NCBI GenBank assembly: GCA_963666205.1
Contig: OY762654.1
Span: 2,016,001-2,080,000, forward strand
DNA: 64,000 nt
Direction of reading: 5' to 3'
Origin: Synergistales bacterium
GTDB taxonomy: Bacteria > Synergistota > Synergistia > Synergistales > JAFGMB01
Shown here: in pieces, positions 9,974 to 19,203 of the stretch
Position numbering within the stretch: position 1 is the first letter of the stretch
Layout of the letters: every line of letters starts with the position of its first letter
Translations under genes and position numbers: made by a program
The notes under the pieces: generated by a model
Databases searched by the model: none
The model's input: only the letters and a program-made list of their open reading frames with translations
What the model was told of the DNA's origin: nothing

Positions 9974-11008
9974 ATGGATGGCAGGAAAGCCCGGTTTCTT
10001 TATCTAAGCCAGAAGGAAGTTATTGAATGCGGAGGCCTCGATATGGCTATGGTCCTCGACAAGGTTGAAGAAGTGCTCAGCCTCAGGGATAAGGGAGAAA
10101 CTTCAATGCCCGACAAGATATCCCTGCAATGGAAAGACTGTGACATTAACTCCAGGATCAATGCCATGCCGGGATTTGTTGGTGGAAACTGCAATACAGG
10201 TGGTATCAAGTGGATAGGAAGCAAACCTGAAAACCCTTCAAAATATGGTCTGCCAAGAGCTTCAGCTCTTACAATACTTAATGATCCGGAAACAGCACTT
10301 CCAATCTGTATTATGGACGGGACCTTGATCAGTGCCATGAGAACAGGTGCAGTTACTGGAGTAGGTGCCCGTTATCTGGCCCGTAAAAATTCCAGTTCTG
10401 TAGCTCTTATAGGAGCCGGCACTCAGAACCATACCCAGCTGAAGGCTATTCTTACGGCTATCCCGAATATTAAAGAAGTCAGGATCTGCGATCTTTCATT
10501 TCAAAAGGTTGAGGAATTCATCCGTTATGAAAAACGAGAGAATCCGGAACTCGTCTTCAAGGGAACTACCGAAGCCCGGGAGGCTATTGATGGGGCCGAT
10601 ATTATAGTGAGTGCTACCACAACGGTCAAACCTATTGTCAAGGCGGAATGGATAAAGGAGGGTGCCTATATTTCCAACGTCGGAAATTATGAGTATGAAT
10701 ATGATGTTGTGAGAAAGTCCAGCAAAGTTCTTGCGGATAACTGGCAGGCGGTCATCCATCGTGAGCATCAGACAGCAGCAATTATGTTTCTGAATGGAGA
10801 GATTCAGAAACAGGATCTTTACGGTGAACTTGGAGAAGTCATAAATGGTAAAAAACCGGGTCGTGAGAACGACTCGGAGATCATTTTCTTCAGTCCCATA
10901 GGCATGGGGATAGAAGATATTATCGTGGCAAAGGAAATATATGACAGATCAAGATCCATGGGAATAGGTACATGGCTTACCCTCTGGGATGAGCCTTACT
11001 GGGTCTAG
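9974..11008 (+). CDS. Ornithine cyclodeaminase family protein, SbnB-like (paralogue 3)
   Basis: RINAMPG, IKWIGSKPENPSKYGLPRASALTILNDPET, ISAMRTGA and PIGMGIED motifs. Confidence 0.88.
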   Translation: MDGRKARFLYLSQKEVIECGGLDMAMVLDKVEEVLSLRDKGETSMPDKISLQWKDCDINSRINAMPGFVGGNCNTGGIKWIGSKPENPSKYGLPRASALTILNDPETALPICIMDGTLISAMRTGAVTGVGARYLARKNSSSVALIGAGTQNHTQLKAILTAIPNIKEVRICDLSFQKVEEFIRYEKRENPELVFKGTTEAREAIDGADIIVSATTTVKPIVKAEWIKEGAYISNVGNYEYEYDVVRKSSKVLADNWQAVIHREHQTAAIMFLNGEIQKQDLYGELGEVINGKKPGRENDSEIIFFSPIGMGIEDIIVAKEIYDRSRSMGIGTWLTLWDEPYWV

Positions 11009-11037
11009 GCTTTTTGTAGCGGAAGGTCGTGTGATTT

Positions 11038-12159
11038 TTGAAGATTACAGGAATGGAAGTTCTGCAGATCAGTGTCCCTCTCGTTCATAAATATACCCTT
11101 TCCAGGGTCATAGGTTCCAAGGAAAAGACAGAATGTATTCTTCTTAAGGTGACTACCGATGAAGGAATAGCAGGTCTTGGAGAAGCTGATCCCCATGTGC
11201 CGTTTACTGAAGAATCCGTGGAAAGTATTACCTCTTGTATATTGAAGTATCTTGCACCGGTCGTTATAGGAAAAGATCCGGGGGATATTGACGGTATAAA
11301 CTCACTGATGGAGAATGCTGTCAAACTAAACCTTATGGCCAAGGGTGCAATAGATATGGCCTGCTATGATATTGTCGGAAAATCAAAAGGGCACGCTGTT
11401 CATGAATTTATTGGAGGCCTTCAGAGACAGAGCATACCCCTTGTCTGGTCAGTGGGCAATGAGCTTCCTCCGAAGACCCTTGAAGATGTACAAACTGTTT
11501 ATGACCAGGGGTACAGAACGGTAATGATCAAGACCGGCCATTTTGAACCGGAGACAGATATTGAAAGAATAAGACTTGTAAGGGAATCATGGCCTGATCT
11601 GAAAATTATTGTAGATGTAAACCAGGGCTGGGATGTTGAAACAGCGATAGCTGCTGGCCGCAGGATGGAGAGCCTTAATATCGAATTCTTTGAACAGCCC
11701 GTTCCTTATTGGGATATAGAGGGTTTGGCCAGGATCAGAAAAGCAATATCCATTCCTCTTTCTGTAGATGAGTCCCTCCTTACCATACATGATGCACACA
11801 GAATCATCCAGGAGGGCGCTGCGGATATTTTCAGCGTCAAAGTTTCGAAGAACGGTGGAATTACCAGGTCAAGAGCATTGATCGAACTGGCAGCTGAAAA
11901 CGGAATGAAATGCTGGATGAATTCCATGCTGGAAGAAGGCATTACCCAGGCTGCAAGTCTGCAGTTGGGACTCAGCTCAGCCAACCTTCTTGATATGGGA
12001 CATGCATATTTTTCACCCCTCAGGATTGCGGAGGATATCTCTACCTACTCGGAGAATATCAGGAACGTGGAGATATTTCCTTCCGGGAAACCTGGACTTG
12101 GTGTAGATCTCAAAGAGGATGTTGTAAGGAAATACCTTGTCAGTCAATATCATTATTGA
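11038..12159 (+). CDS. Mandelate racemase/muconate lactonizing enzyme family (enolase superfamily)
   Basis: TDEGIAGLGE, IDMACYDI, metal ligands in VDVNQ/EQP/VDES, and a PGLG C-terminal motif. Confidence 0.88.
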   Translation: MKITGMEVLQISVPLVHKYTLSRVIGSKEKTECILLKVTTDEGIAGLGEADPHVPFTEESVESITSCILKYLAPVVIGKDPGDIDGINSLMENAVKLNLMAKGAIDMACYDIVGKSKGHAVHEFIGGLQRQSIPLVWSVGNELPPKTLEDVQTVYDQGYRTVMIKTGHFEPETDIERIRLVRESWPDLKIIVDVNQGWDVETAIAAGRRMESLNIEFFEQPVPYWDIEGLARIRKAISIPLSVDESLLTIHDAHRIIQEGAADIFSVKVSKNGGITRSRALIELAAENGMKCWMNSMLEEGITQAASLQLGLSSANLLDMGHAYFSPLRIAEDISTYSENIRNVEIFPSGKPGLGVDLKEDVVRKYLVSQYHY

Positions 12160-12221
12160 TTTGATATATATCTGGTAACTATTGTAAGTCTTTGCAAATT
12201 CAATATAGTTGATTTTGTTTC

Positions 12222-12253
12222 AGGTGGAGGACAAAAAGTCTCCACCTTTTTTA
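12222..12253 (+). terminator. Intrinsic terminator
   Basis: AGGTGGAG...CTCCACCT followed by a T-run. Confidence 0.7.
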
Positions 12254-12396
12254 TTTTTTTAAATTTATGATCTCTCCTCTGAATATCATTGAAAAAAGAA
12301 TTTTCTAAAAGGCTCTTGCCATGAAAGAAATATGTGACAAAATTCACCTATGCTTGAACCGCATGCAGAATACTATATACAATAGGAGGTCATGAG

Positions 12397-13470
12397 ATGA
12401 AAGCAGCCATGTGGTATGGACGTAAAGATGTTAGAGTCATAGAGACAGAAGAGCCTTCACCCGTAAAGGGAGAAGTTAAGGTAAAGGTCAAATGGTGCGG
12501 TATCTGCGGGTCTGATCTTCATGAGTTTCTTGGCGGACCCATTTTTATTCCTGTGGATCAGCCCCATCCCCTGAGTGGAGAAAAAGCACCTGTAATAATG
12601 GGTCATGAATTTTCCGGAGAAGTTGTTGAGGTAGGAGAAGGTGTGGATGCTTTCAAGCCCGGGGACAGGGTCATAGTGGAACCAATTCGTGCCTGTGGCA
12701 AATGCCCTGCCTGCAGGGAGGGCAAATACAACATATGCGCTCAGTTGGGTTTCCACGGACTTTGTGGTCATGGAGGCGGTTTTGCAGATTACACAACCTT
12801 CCCTGCTGAGTTCGTTCACAAGATCCCTGATGAACTCTCCTACGAAAAAGCAGCTCTTGTTGAACCCCTTGCGGTGGCTGTCCAGTCACTTCGTCAGGGG
12901 AGCTTCCAGATAGGAATGGATGCCCTTGTCCTTGGTGCCGGTCCTATAGGGCTTGCCACCGTGGCGTCCCTCAGGGCTGCGGGAGCCAGGACCATTTTTG
13001 TTATGCAGCGCAAGTCCATAAGGCAGGAATATGCCAAAATGAGCGGTGCCGACTATGTCCTGGATCCCAACGAAGGGGATGTAGTGGAAGAGATAAAAAG
13101 ACTTACAGGCGGAGAGGGTGTCCATGTAAGTTTCGAGGCGACCGGTTCAGAAGTGGGGCTTAACATGGCCATTGACGCTCTTCGTTTTTCTGGAACAGCA
13201 GTTATTACAAGTATCTGGGAGCATCCCATATCAGTGGACCCCAACAAGCTGGTATTCCAGGAAAAGAAAATGGTGGGATCCCTCTGTTACCGCGACCTTT
13301 TCCCGGCAGCCATCAAGATGCTTGCAGATGGCAGCGTAAAGGGAGATGAATGGATCACCAGAAAGATCCACCTGGAAAATATAGTAGAGGATGGTTTCGG
13401 GACCCTTACCGGACCTGACAAGAAAGCCCAGGTCAAGATCCTCGTAACACCAGAATCAGACCTGCTTTAG
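12397..13470 (+). CDS. Zn-dependent 2,3-butanediol dehydrogenase-like alcohol dehydrogenase
   Basis: CGICGSDLHE, GHEFSGEV, structural Zn site CxxCxxC...C, and GAGPIG. MKAAMWYG start is typical of BdhA-like proteins. Confidence 0.85.
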   Translation: MKAAMWYGRKDVRVIETEEPSPVKGEVKVKVKWCGICGSDLHEFLGGPIFIPVDQPHPLSGEKAPVIMGHEFSGEVVEVGEGVDAFKPGDRVIVEPIRACGKCPACREGKYNICAQLGFHGLCGHGGGFADYTTFPAEFVHKIPDELSYEKAALVEPLAVAVQSLRQGSFQIGMDALVLGAGPIGLATVASLRAAGARTIFVMQRKSIRQEYAKMSGADYVLDPNEGDVVEEIKRLTGGEGVHVSFEATGSEVGLNMAIDALRFSGTAVITSIWEHPISVDPNKLVFQEKKMVGSLCYRDLFPAAIKMLADGSVKGDEWITRKIHLENIVEDGFGTLTGPDKKAQVKILVTPESDLL

Positions 13471-13503
13471 AATAGATTCTTTTCATACCTTCTTCTCCTT
13501 ATT

Positions 13504-13538
13504 ACCGGGCCGCCTCAAAAGCGGCCCGGTCTTCTTTT
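13504..13538 (+). terminator. Intrinsic terminator
   Basis: ACCGGGCCGC / GCGGCCCGGT stem plus a T-rich tail. Confidence 0.75.
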
Positions 13539-13703
13539 GTTCCACTTTTGTAACAATGAAGTTTGTTTCAGATGAATGATAAAGATTTTCAGCATATAAC
13601 TTGCTTTATTGATTATTCACATCTCGTTATAATTATCTAAATTTCCCCAAATTATTTAGAGTTCAGATAGTGTATTTCTTTACCCTTCGAAGGAGGTATA
13701 TCC

Positions 13704-15553
13704 ATGATGAGAGACAAGAAGTTACTATGGTCCTTTTTATTTTCTGCTTTTTTGGTTTTCATGTTGGCTTTGTACTGCTTCTGCCTTTGCGAGTGCTCCA
13801 CCAACTGGGGAGATGTGAAATGGAACCATCAGATATCGTGCCTCGGTACTCTGTTTGGCGATCCCGGTTACTATTCTTCTCCTGATGGTGCTGAAACACG
13901 AGACTGGAATTTACCAGTGGTAAGAGGAACTTACCCCGATCCAGGTTATATTGTCGATGGAGCCTTCTCCTGATCATAGCCGGTTACACTTTTGATGCAC
14001 TGATCATAATCAGGACAACCGAGTTTAACCGGGGATCTTGACGGAACTGCCTGGTATAGCGGTGGCGATGAGATCGATCTCGTCTTTGTAAAGGATGAGG
14101 AGACATTGGGCGATTTCAGTGCCTCCTTTGATGTTCCGATTTTTCAAGGCCTTTACAATGGCCAATCTTGTGATTCCTAGCTTTCAGCTGGGACTTTACC
14201 CAGGAAGAAGCAAGGTTAATGACAGGAGTTCTACACGCGCCAAGATATGAATTCCCCCCTGTATTGACTGGAGATACTGCCAGTTGTGACATTGGAGTAG
14301 ATTCTGCTCGAATGAAACACCTTACCTTCGATATTTTTGTTGGCGTAAATCCGGTGAGGATATGCAATATGCCCGCTCTCTTTGGTCCTGTTACTTCCAC
14401 ATGAACTGTGATCATTGACCTGGGGCCTGGTTTTTCTTCGATTATGATGACAAGCCTCGGTGTTATCTATGCTAATTTCTGGAATGAGCCAGTAGTTATG
14501 GAATTATCCTCTGTATCACAGGGCCTTGAAGAGTCTCCAATGTACCGTACTTTGCGCACCGGATCTATACGGTGACGGTCCTCCTGCCATGGTGGTACCA
14601 GTCCTTGATGCAGATTATGTAATTGATCCCGGCTCTTGCCCTTGAAGGCTATACCTTTCGTATATGTATGAGGTAAGCAGAGAAGATTCATTCACTCGAT
14701 ATTAAGTTTACAGATGGCAGTGTTACCCATCTTTCCTGGTTGTGGTGCTGATCCCTGATTTATCAAGATGAACACAGTCCCAACGCTGCAGGGTTTTGCC
14801 GGAATGTATCCTCCCACATCTGCTGATCTTAATGCTCAAATCACTTGACGACAAGATCTTTAGAAGTCCTTAGTGTCGGATAATTTTGGCCCTTCAAGTT
14901 AAACTAGAGGATTTTAACATTGACAGTAATGCTTCTTCAGATGGGTGCAGTTTATCGGTCTGGTATCCATGGATATCAACATACCCTTCCAGGCTGATGT
15001 TATGAAGGCCAAATCGTAGCTGTACCAATGTGGGATTAAGGATCGGTATCCCCGGAAGAAACATCGAAGCAGTATGATCCTGACCTTGATTCAGACCATT
15101 GAATCGGCAGAATTGGGTGAGAATCCTACAGAAGAAGAACTGGAAGCAGTTAGTACGTAAATATCTTCTCATTCACCAAGGAATGGAGCACGGGAGAAAC
15201 TGCCCAGATCCGGATTGAGCGACGAGGAATTTGCAAGGATGCGGTGGATATCTTTCTTCGAAATACCATGGTGAGGGTGACGTCAGAGGAACATAATCTT
15301 ACGAGCTCACTCTGCTTATTGTTAATGGCGGAGAGCGCCGGAATGAGGTAGATTCTGCGACCGCAAATGGCCGGACTTACATTGTAATTTACGATGGAAA
15401 TCTGGATCTATCAGGTTCGCCGATCCCATCAAAATTGTTGCTGCCTACGAAGAAGATACATCCAGTTCAAGTGGCGGCGGATGTTCGGCTATTAGTCTTG
15501 TCCCTGCCGCAGGCCTGTTACTTCTGCCTCTGTTAATGCTTTTGAAGAAATAA
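13704..15553 (+). pseudogene. Multiply frameshifted Synergist-CTERM sorting-domain surface protein
   Basis: RBS AAGGAGGT and a signal-peptide-like start at 13704. Protein-like segments continue in alternating frames. The last segment (15422-15553) reads DPIKIVAAYEEDTSSSSGGGCSAISLVPAAGLLLLPLLMLLKK*. Confidence 0.8.
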
Positions 15554-15577
15554 CACAGATCAATTCCAGTTTGCCTG

Positions 15578-15606
15578 AAAGAGCGGGGAATTCCCCGCTC
15601 TTTTTT
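15578..15606 (+). terminator. Intrinsic terminator
   Basis: AAAGAGCGGGG / CCCCGCTCTTT stem plus a T-run. Confidence 0.75.
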
Positions 15607-15736
15607 AGTAGCTTCAAATTCTTTTGCTGTTGCCCCCATACCTTAAAACGTGCTAAAGTATTGCATGAATGAATTATAAAGTGTCATGATGTGGTTTTTC
15701 AAGCTTTTTAATATATCCTCCGGAAAGGTGAAAAAA

Positions 15737-16882
15737 ATGCATACCATCCCTTTTACCAGGCCCTATATCTCTGGTAATGAACAGGAATACATAGGTCGGT
15801 TATTCAACGACGGGATTTTTGCTGGAAATGGTACTTTTTCCAGGCAGGCAGAAGATATTCTTCTGGAACTGACAGGAGCCAGGGGGGTATTCCTGACTTC
15901 CTCCGGTACTGCAGCTCTTGAGCTCATGTGTATGACCGCCGGTCTTAAACCTGGAGATGAGGTCATTCTACCCTCTTTTACCTATCCTTCCACGGCCAAT
16001 GCAATACTCAGGGTAGGTGCAGTTCCTGTATTCGTGGACATCCGAAGAGATACCTTCAATCTGGACCAGGAGCTCATAGAAAAAGCCATCTCGGAAAAGA
16101 CTAAAGCAGTAATGCCCGTCCACTACGCCGGCGTTTCATGTGATATGGAGTTCATTCGGGATCTTGCAGATAAATACCATCTTCTTGTCCTGGAAGATGC
16201 GGCTCAGGCTATAGATGCGTACCATTATTCTTCCCACCTGGGTACCTTGGGACATATGGGTGCTTTGAGTTTTCATGAGACCAAGAATATCCATTCCGGT
16301 CAGGGAGGGGCACTGCTCATAAATGAAGAAGAGATGATCCACCAGGCAGAGATCATTTTTGATCATGGTACTAACCGCAGACAGTTCCTGAGAGGGGAAT
16401 CGGATTCTTATTCCTGGAAGGATTCCGGCTCTTCCTTTTCCATGTCCGAGATAACTGCGGCCTTTCTTTCTGCCCAGCTTGAATCGGTTTCATCGGTTAC
16501 TGAAGAGAGAAGAAATATCTGGCATCTTTATCATGAGGTCTTTGCAAAATATGAAGAAGAGGGTTTTCTTCGAAGACCGGTCATTCCGGAATACTGTAAA
16601 CACAATGGACATTGTTATCCTCTGCTTTTCCCATCTCTGGAAATTCGGGAGAATATCCGCCATGGGTTGTCCGAAAAAGGAATTATGGCCCATTTTCACT
16701 ATGTTCCTCTCCACTCATCAGCCATGGGCAGAAGGATCTCCAGGTGGGGGGCCGATCTTCCAAATACAGACCATGTTTTCCGTTGTCTTCTGAGGATGCC
16801 CCTTTACAGCGGCCTTGATATTGATGAATGCCTCGAGCGTATCGAAGAGCTGTTTTCAGCAGGATTTTTTGGGGGAAAATGA
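15737..16882 (+). CDS. rffA: dTDP-4-amino-4,6-dideoxyhexose transaminase (WecE/RffA-like, DegT family)
   Basis: TSSGTAALE, PVHYAGVSCDM, EDAAQA, SFHETKN (PLP lysine) and FHYVPLHSS motifs. Start placed at MHTIPF. Confidence 0.85.
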   Translation: MHTIPFTRPYISGNEQEYIGRLFNDGIFAGNGTFSRQAEDILLELTGARGVFLTSSGTAALELMCMTAGLKPGDEVILPSFTYPSTANAILRVGAVPVFVDIRRDTFNLDQELIEKAISEKTKAVMPVHYAGVSCDMEFIRDLADKYHLLVLEDAAQAIDAYHYSSHLGTLGHMGALSFHETKNIHSGQGGALLINEEEMIHQAEIIFDHGTNRRQFLRGESDSYSWKDSGSSFSMSEITAAFLSAQLESVSSVTEERRNIWHLYHEVFAKYEEEGFLRRPVIPEYCKHNGHCYPLLFPSLEIRENIRHGLSEKGIMAHFHYVPLHSSAMGRRISRWGADLPNTDHVFRCLLRMPLYSGLDIDECLERIEELFSAGFFGGK

Positions 16883-17587
16883 ATGATCAGGAACTCTGTA
16901 GCCATCCTTCAGTCGAATTATATTCCCTGGAAGGGAAATTTCGACATGATCAACATGGTGGATGAATACGTTATTCTGGATGATGTCCAGTACACTAAAA
17001 GGGATTGGCGGAATCGTAACCGCATTGTTACTAAAGATGGAATTAAATGGTTAACAATACCGGTAAGGAATATATCCTTTCATCAGAAGATAATGGATAC
17101 GGAGATCGTATCAGATGAATGGGCAGAAAAACACTGGAAACTTCTGGAACAGAGCTATAAAGGGGCTCCATTTTTTTCTGAACTGGGATCCTGTATAAAA
17201 GAAATGTATGAAAAAGCTTCCGGAGAAAATTCTCTCAGCAGGATAAATTATATTTTCCTTCAGGGGATCTGCGGTCTTCTCGACATCGTCACGGATATCC
17301 AATGGTCCACATGTTATCATCCGGAAGGTATGAAAAGCGACAGGATCCTTGATATATGTGTAAAAGCCAAAGCAGATGAATATCTTTCCGGCCCGGCTGC
17401 CCGGAACTATCTTGATGTGAATGCTTTTGAAAAAAGGGGTATAGCTGTTAAATGGATGTCCTACGATGGATATCCTGAGTACGGTCAGCTCCATGGTCAT
17501 CCCTTTTCTCACAATGTGAGTATTATTGACCTGCTTTTCTGTACCGGTGTGGGAGGGGCAAGGCGGAATATGTTATCGTTCTCTTAA
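16883..17587 (+). CDS. WbqC family protein
   Basis: AILQSNYIPWKG, DDVQYTKRDWRNRNRI, YLSGPAARNYL and SIIDLLF motifs. Confidence 0.9.
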   Translation: MIRNSVAILQSNYIPWKGNFDMINMVDEYVILDDVQYTKRDWRNRNRIVTKDGIKWLTIPVRNISFHQKIMDTEIVSDEWAEKHWKLLEQSYKGAPFFSELGSCIKEMYEKASGENSLSRINYIFLQGICGLLDIVTDIQWSTCYHPEGMKSDRILDICVKAKADEYLSGPAARNYLDVNAFEKRGIAVKWMSYDGYPEYGQLHGHPFSHNVSIIDLLFCTGVGGARRNMLSFS

Positions 17588-17630
17588 CTGCAGGTTTTAT
17601 GGTGAGATGCTGATTACTGGAGGAGCGGTT

Positions 17631-18302
17631 ATGAAAAAGGCGAAAAAGGACATTATCCTTTATGGAATTGGAATAATGGCTCACTATGTAACAAGGGTCA
17701 TAGAAAAACATAACCTTTTCAATATCGTGTCATACACAGCTGACGAAGAGTATATTGACAGAAGGGAATTTCTGGGTAAACCCATTGTTCCCTTCGAGAA
17801 AGTCGGGGACCTTTTTCCTCCCGATAAATTTCTCATGCTCCTTCTCATAGGATATAAACGAATGCGGGACAGGAAAAAAATGTTTCTCAAGGCTAAAGAG
17901 AAGGGTTATTCCCTTCCTAACTGTATAGCGGGAAATGTCAATTATTTTGATGACCTTATTCTCGGAGAGAACAACATAATATTCAGCGGGACCTATATAG
18001 GGGTCGGTTCTACCATAGGCAATAACAATATCATCCGCCCCAATGTATATCTTGGCCATAATGTTTCCATGGGTGATCATTGCTATATCTCACCTGGATG
18101 CAATATTGGCGGAGGCTGTATTATTGAGGACATGTCCTTCATAGGACTTGGGAGTAACATTACCGATGGATTGAGAATATCGAGAGAAAATCTTATAGGG
18201 GCTGGAAGCCTTGTCCTGAAAGATACAGATCCTTTCGGCAGATATATTGGAAGTCCAGCTGTCAGGAAGAGCAGCCATGAGGAAGAGGGAATAAACTTCT
18301 GA
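17631..18302 (+). CDS. Hexapeptide-repeat sugar acyltransferase (NeuD/PglD-like)
   Basis: N-terminal Rossmann-like part, left-handed beta-helix repeats (IGNNNII, LGHNVSMG, IGAGSLV) and YIGSPA. RBS GGAGGAG precedes 17631. Confidence 0.85.
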   Translation: MKKAKKDIILYGIGIMAHYVTRVIEKHNLFNIVSYTADEEYIDRREFLGKPIVPFEKVGDLFPPDKFLMLLLIGYKRMRDRKKMFLKAKEKGYSLPNCIAGNVNYFDDLILGENNIIFSGTYIGVGSTIGNNNIIRPNVYLGHNVSMGDHCYISPGCNIGGGCIIEDMSFIGLGSNITDGLRISRENLIGAGSLVLKDTDPFGRYIGSPAVRKSSHEEEGINF

Positions 18303-18327
18303 ATCCTTAAATAAGGGAGGCAGGAAG

Positions 18328-19188
18328 ATGACAGAGTTGATAGTGAATTTTACTCCAACCGGTATGATCCCGACAAAGGAAATGACATCGCATGTTCCCG
18401 TTTCAACGGATGAGATCGTGGAAGATGTACATGAAGCCTATGAACTTGGTATCACCATGGTCCATCTTCATGCCCGTGACCCGAAAGACGGAACCCCTAC
18501 ATGGTTCCCGGATATATATGCGGATATCATAGGAAGAATAAGATACTTCGCCCCGGATCTTATAATCTGTGCTTCCCTCAGTGGCCGTATCTTTCATGAT
18601 CTTGAAAAAAGAGCAGCTGTACTTGATCTCGACGGTGACTTGAAGCCAGATATGGGAAGCCTTACGCTTAGTTCCCTCAATTTCAACAGGCAGGCCAGTG
18701 TGAATTCACCTGAAGTGATCATGGGCCTGGCTTCACGCATGAAAGAGAGAAAGATCAAACCTGAGCTGGAAGCTTTTGATGCAGGTATGATAAATTATTC
18801 GAAATATCTTCTAAAGAAGGGTCTTCTTTCTCCACCCCATTATTTTAACCTTATCCTGGGCAATGTCGCCTGTGCACAGGCAGACCTCCTCCATGCCGGT
18901 CTCCTTATCAGGGATCTCCCGCCACAGAGTTACTGGTCACTGGGAGGTATTGGAGATCAGCAGATAGTAATGAATTCTGTTGCCATCTCAATAGGGGGTG
19001 GAGTAAGGGTGGGTCTCGAGGATAATTACTGGTTCGATTCGGGGAGAACAAAACTGGCCAGGAATATAGATCTTCTGCAGAGGATAAATGTTATAGCCCA
19101 GGCCAACGAAAGAAATATTATGAAGCCTGCGACTCTGAGAGAAAAGCTCGGATTAAAACCTGGCCATGGAGAATATGGGACTTTATGA
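18328..19188 (+). CDS. Beta-keto acid cleavage enzyme family (Kce/DUF849)
   Basis: NFTPTG, VHLHARD, PDMGSL, KPELEAFD and VRVGLEDN motifs. Confidence 0.9.
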   Translation: MTELIVNFTPTGMIPTKEMTSHVPVSTDEIVEDVHEAYELGITMVHLHARDPKDGTPTWFPDIYADIIGRIRYFAPDLIICASLSGRIFHDLEKRAAVLDLDGDLKPDMGSLTLSSLNFNRQASVNSPEVIMGLASRMKERKIKPELEAFDAGMINYSKYLLKKGLLSPPHYFNLILGNVACAQADLLHAGLLIRDLPPQSYWSLGGIGDQQIVMNSVAISIGGGVRVGLEDNYWFDSGRTKLARNIDLLQRINVIAQANERNIMKPATLREKLGLKPGHGEYGTL

Positions 19189-19203
19189 TCGAGGGATCAA
19201 TTG

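Noticed and set aside
13670-15639. Several short ORFs on both strands treated as separate genes
   Set aside because: They are better explained as pieces or shadows of one frameshifted Synergist-CTERM gene.
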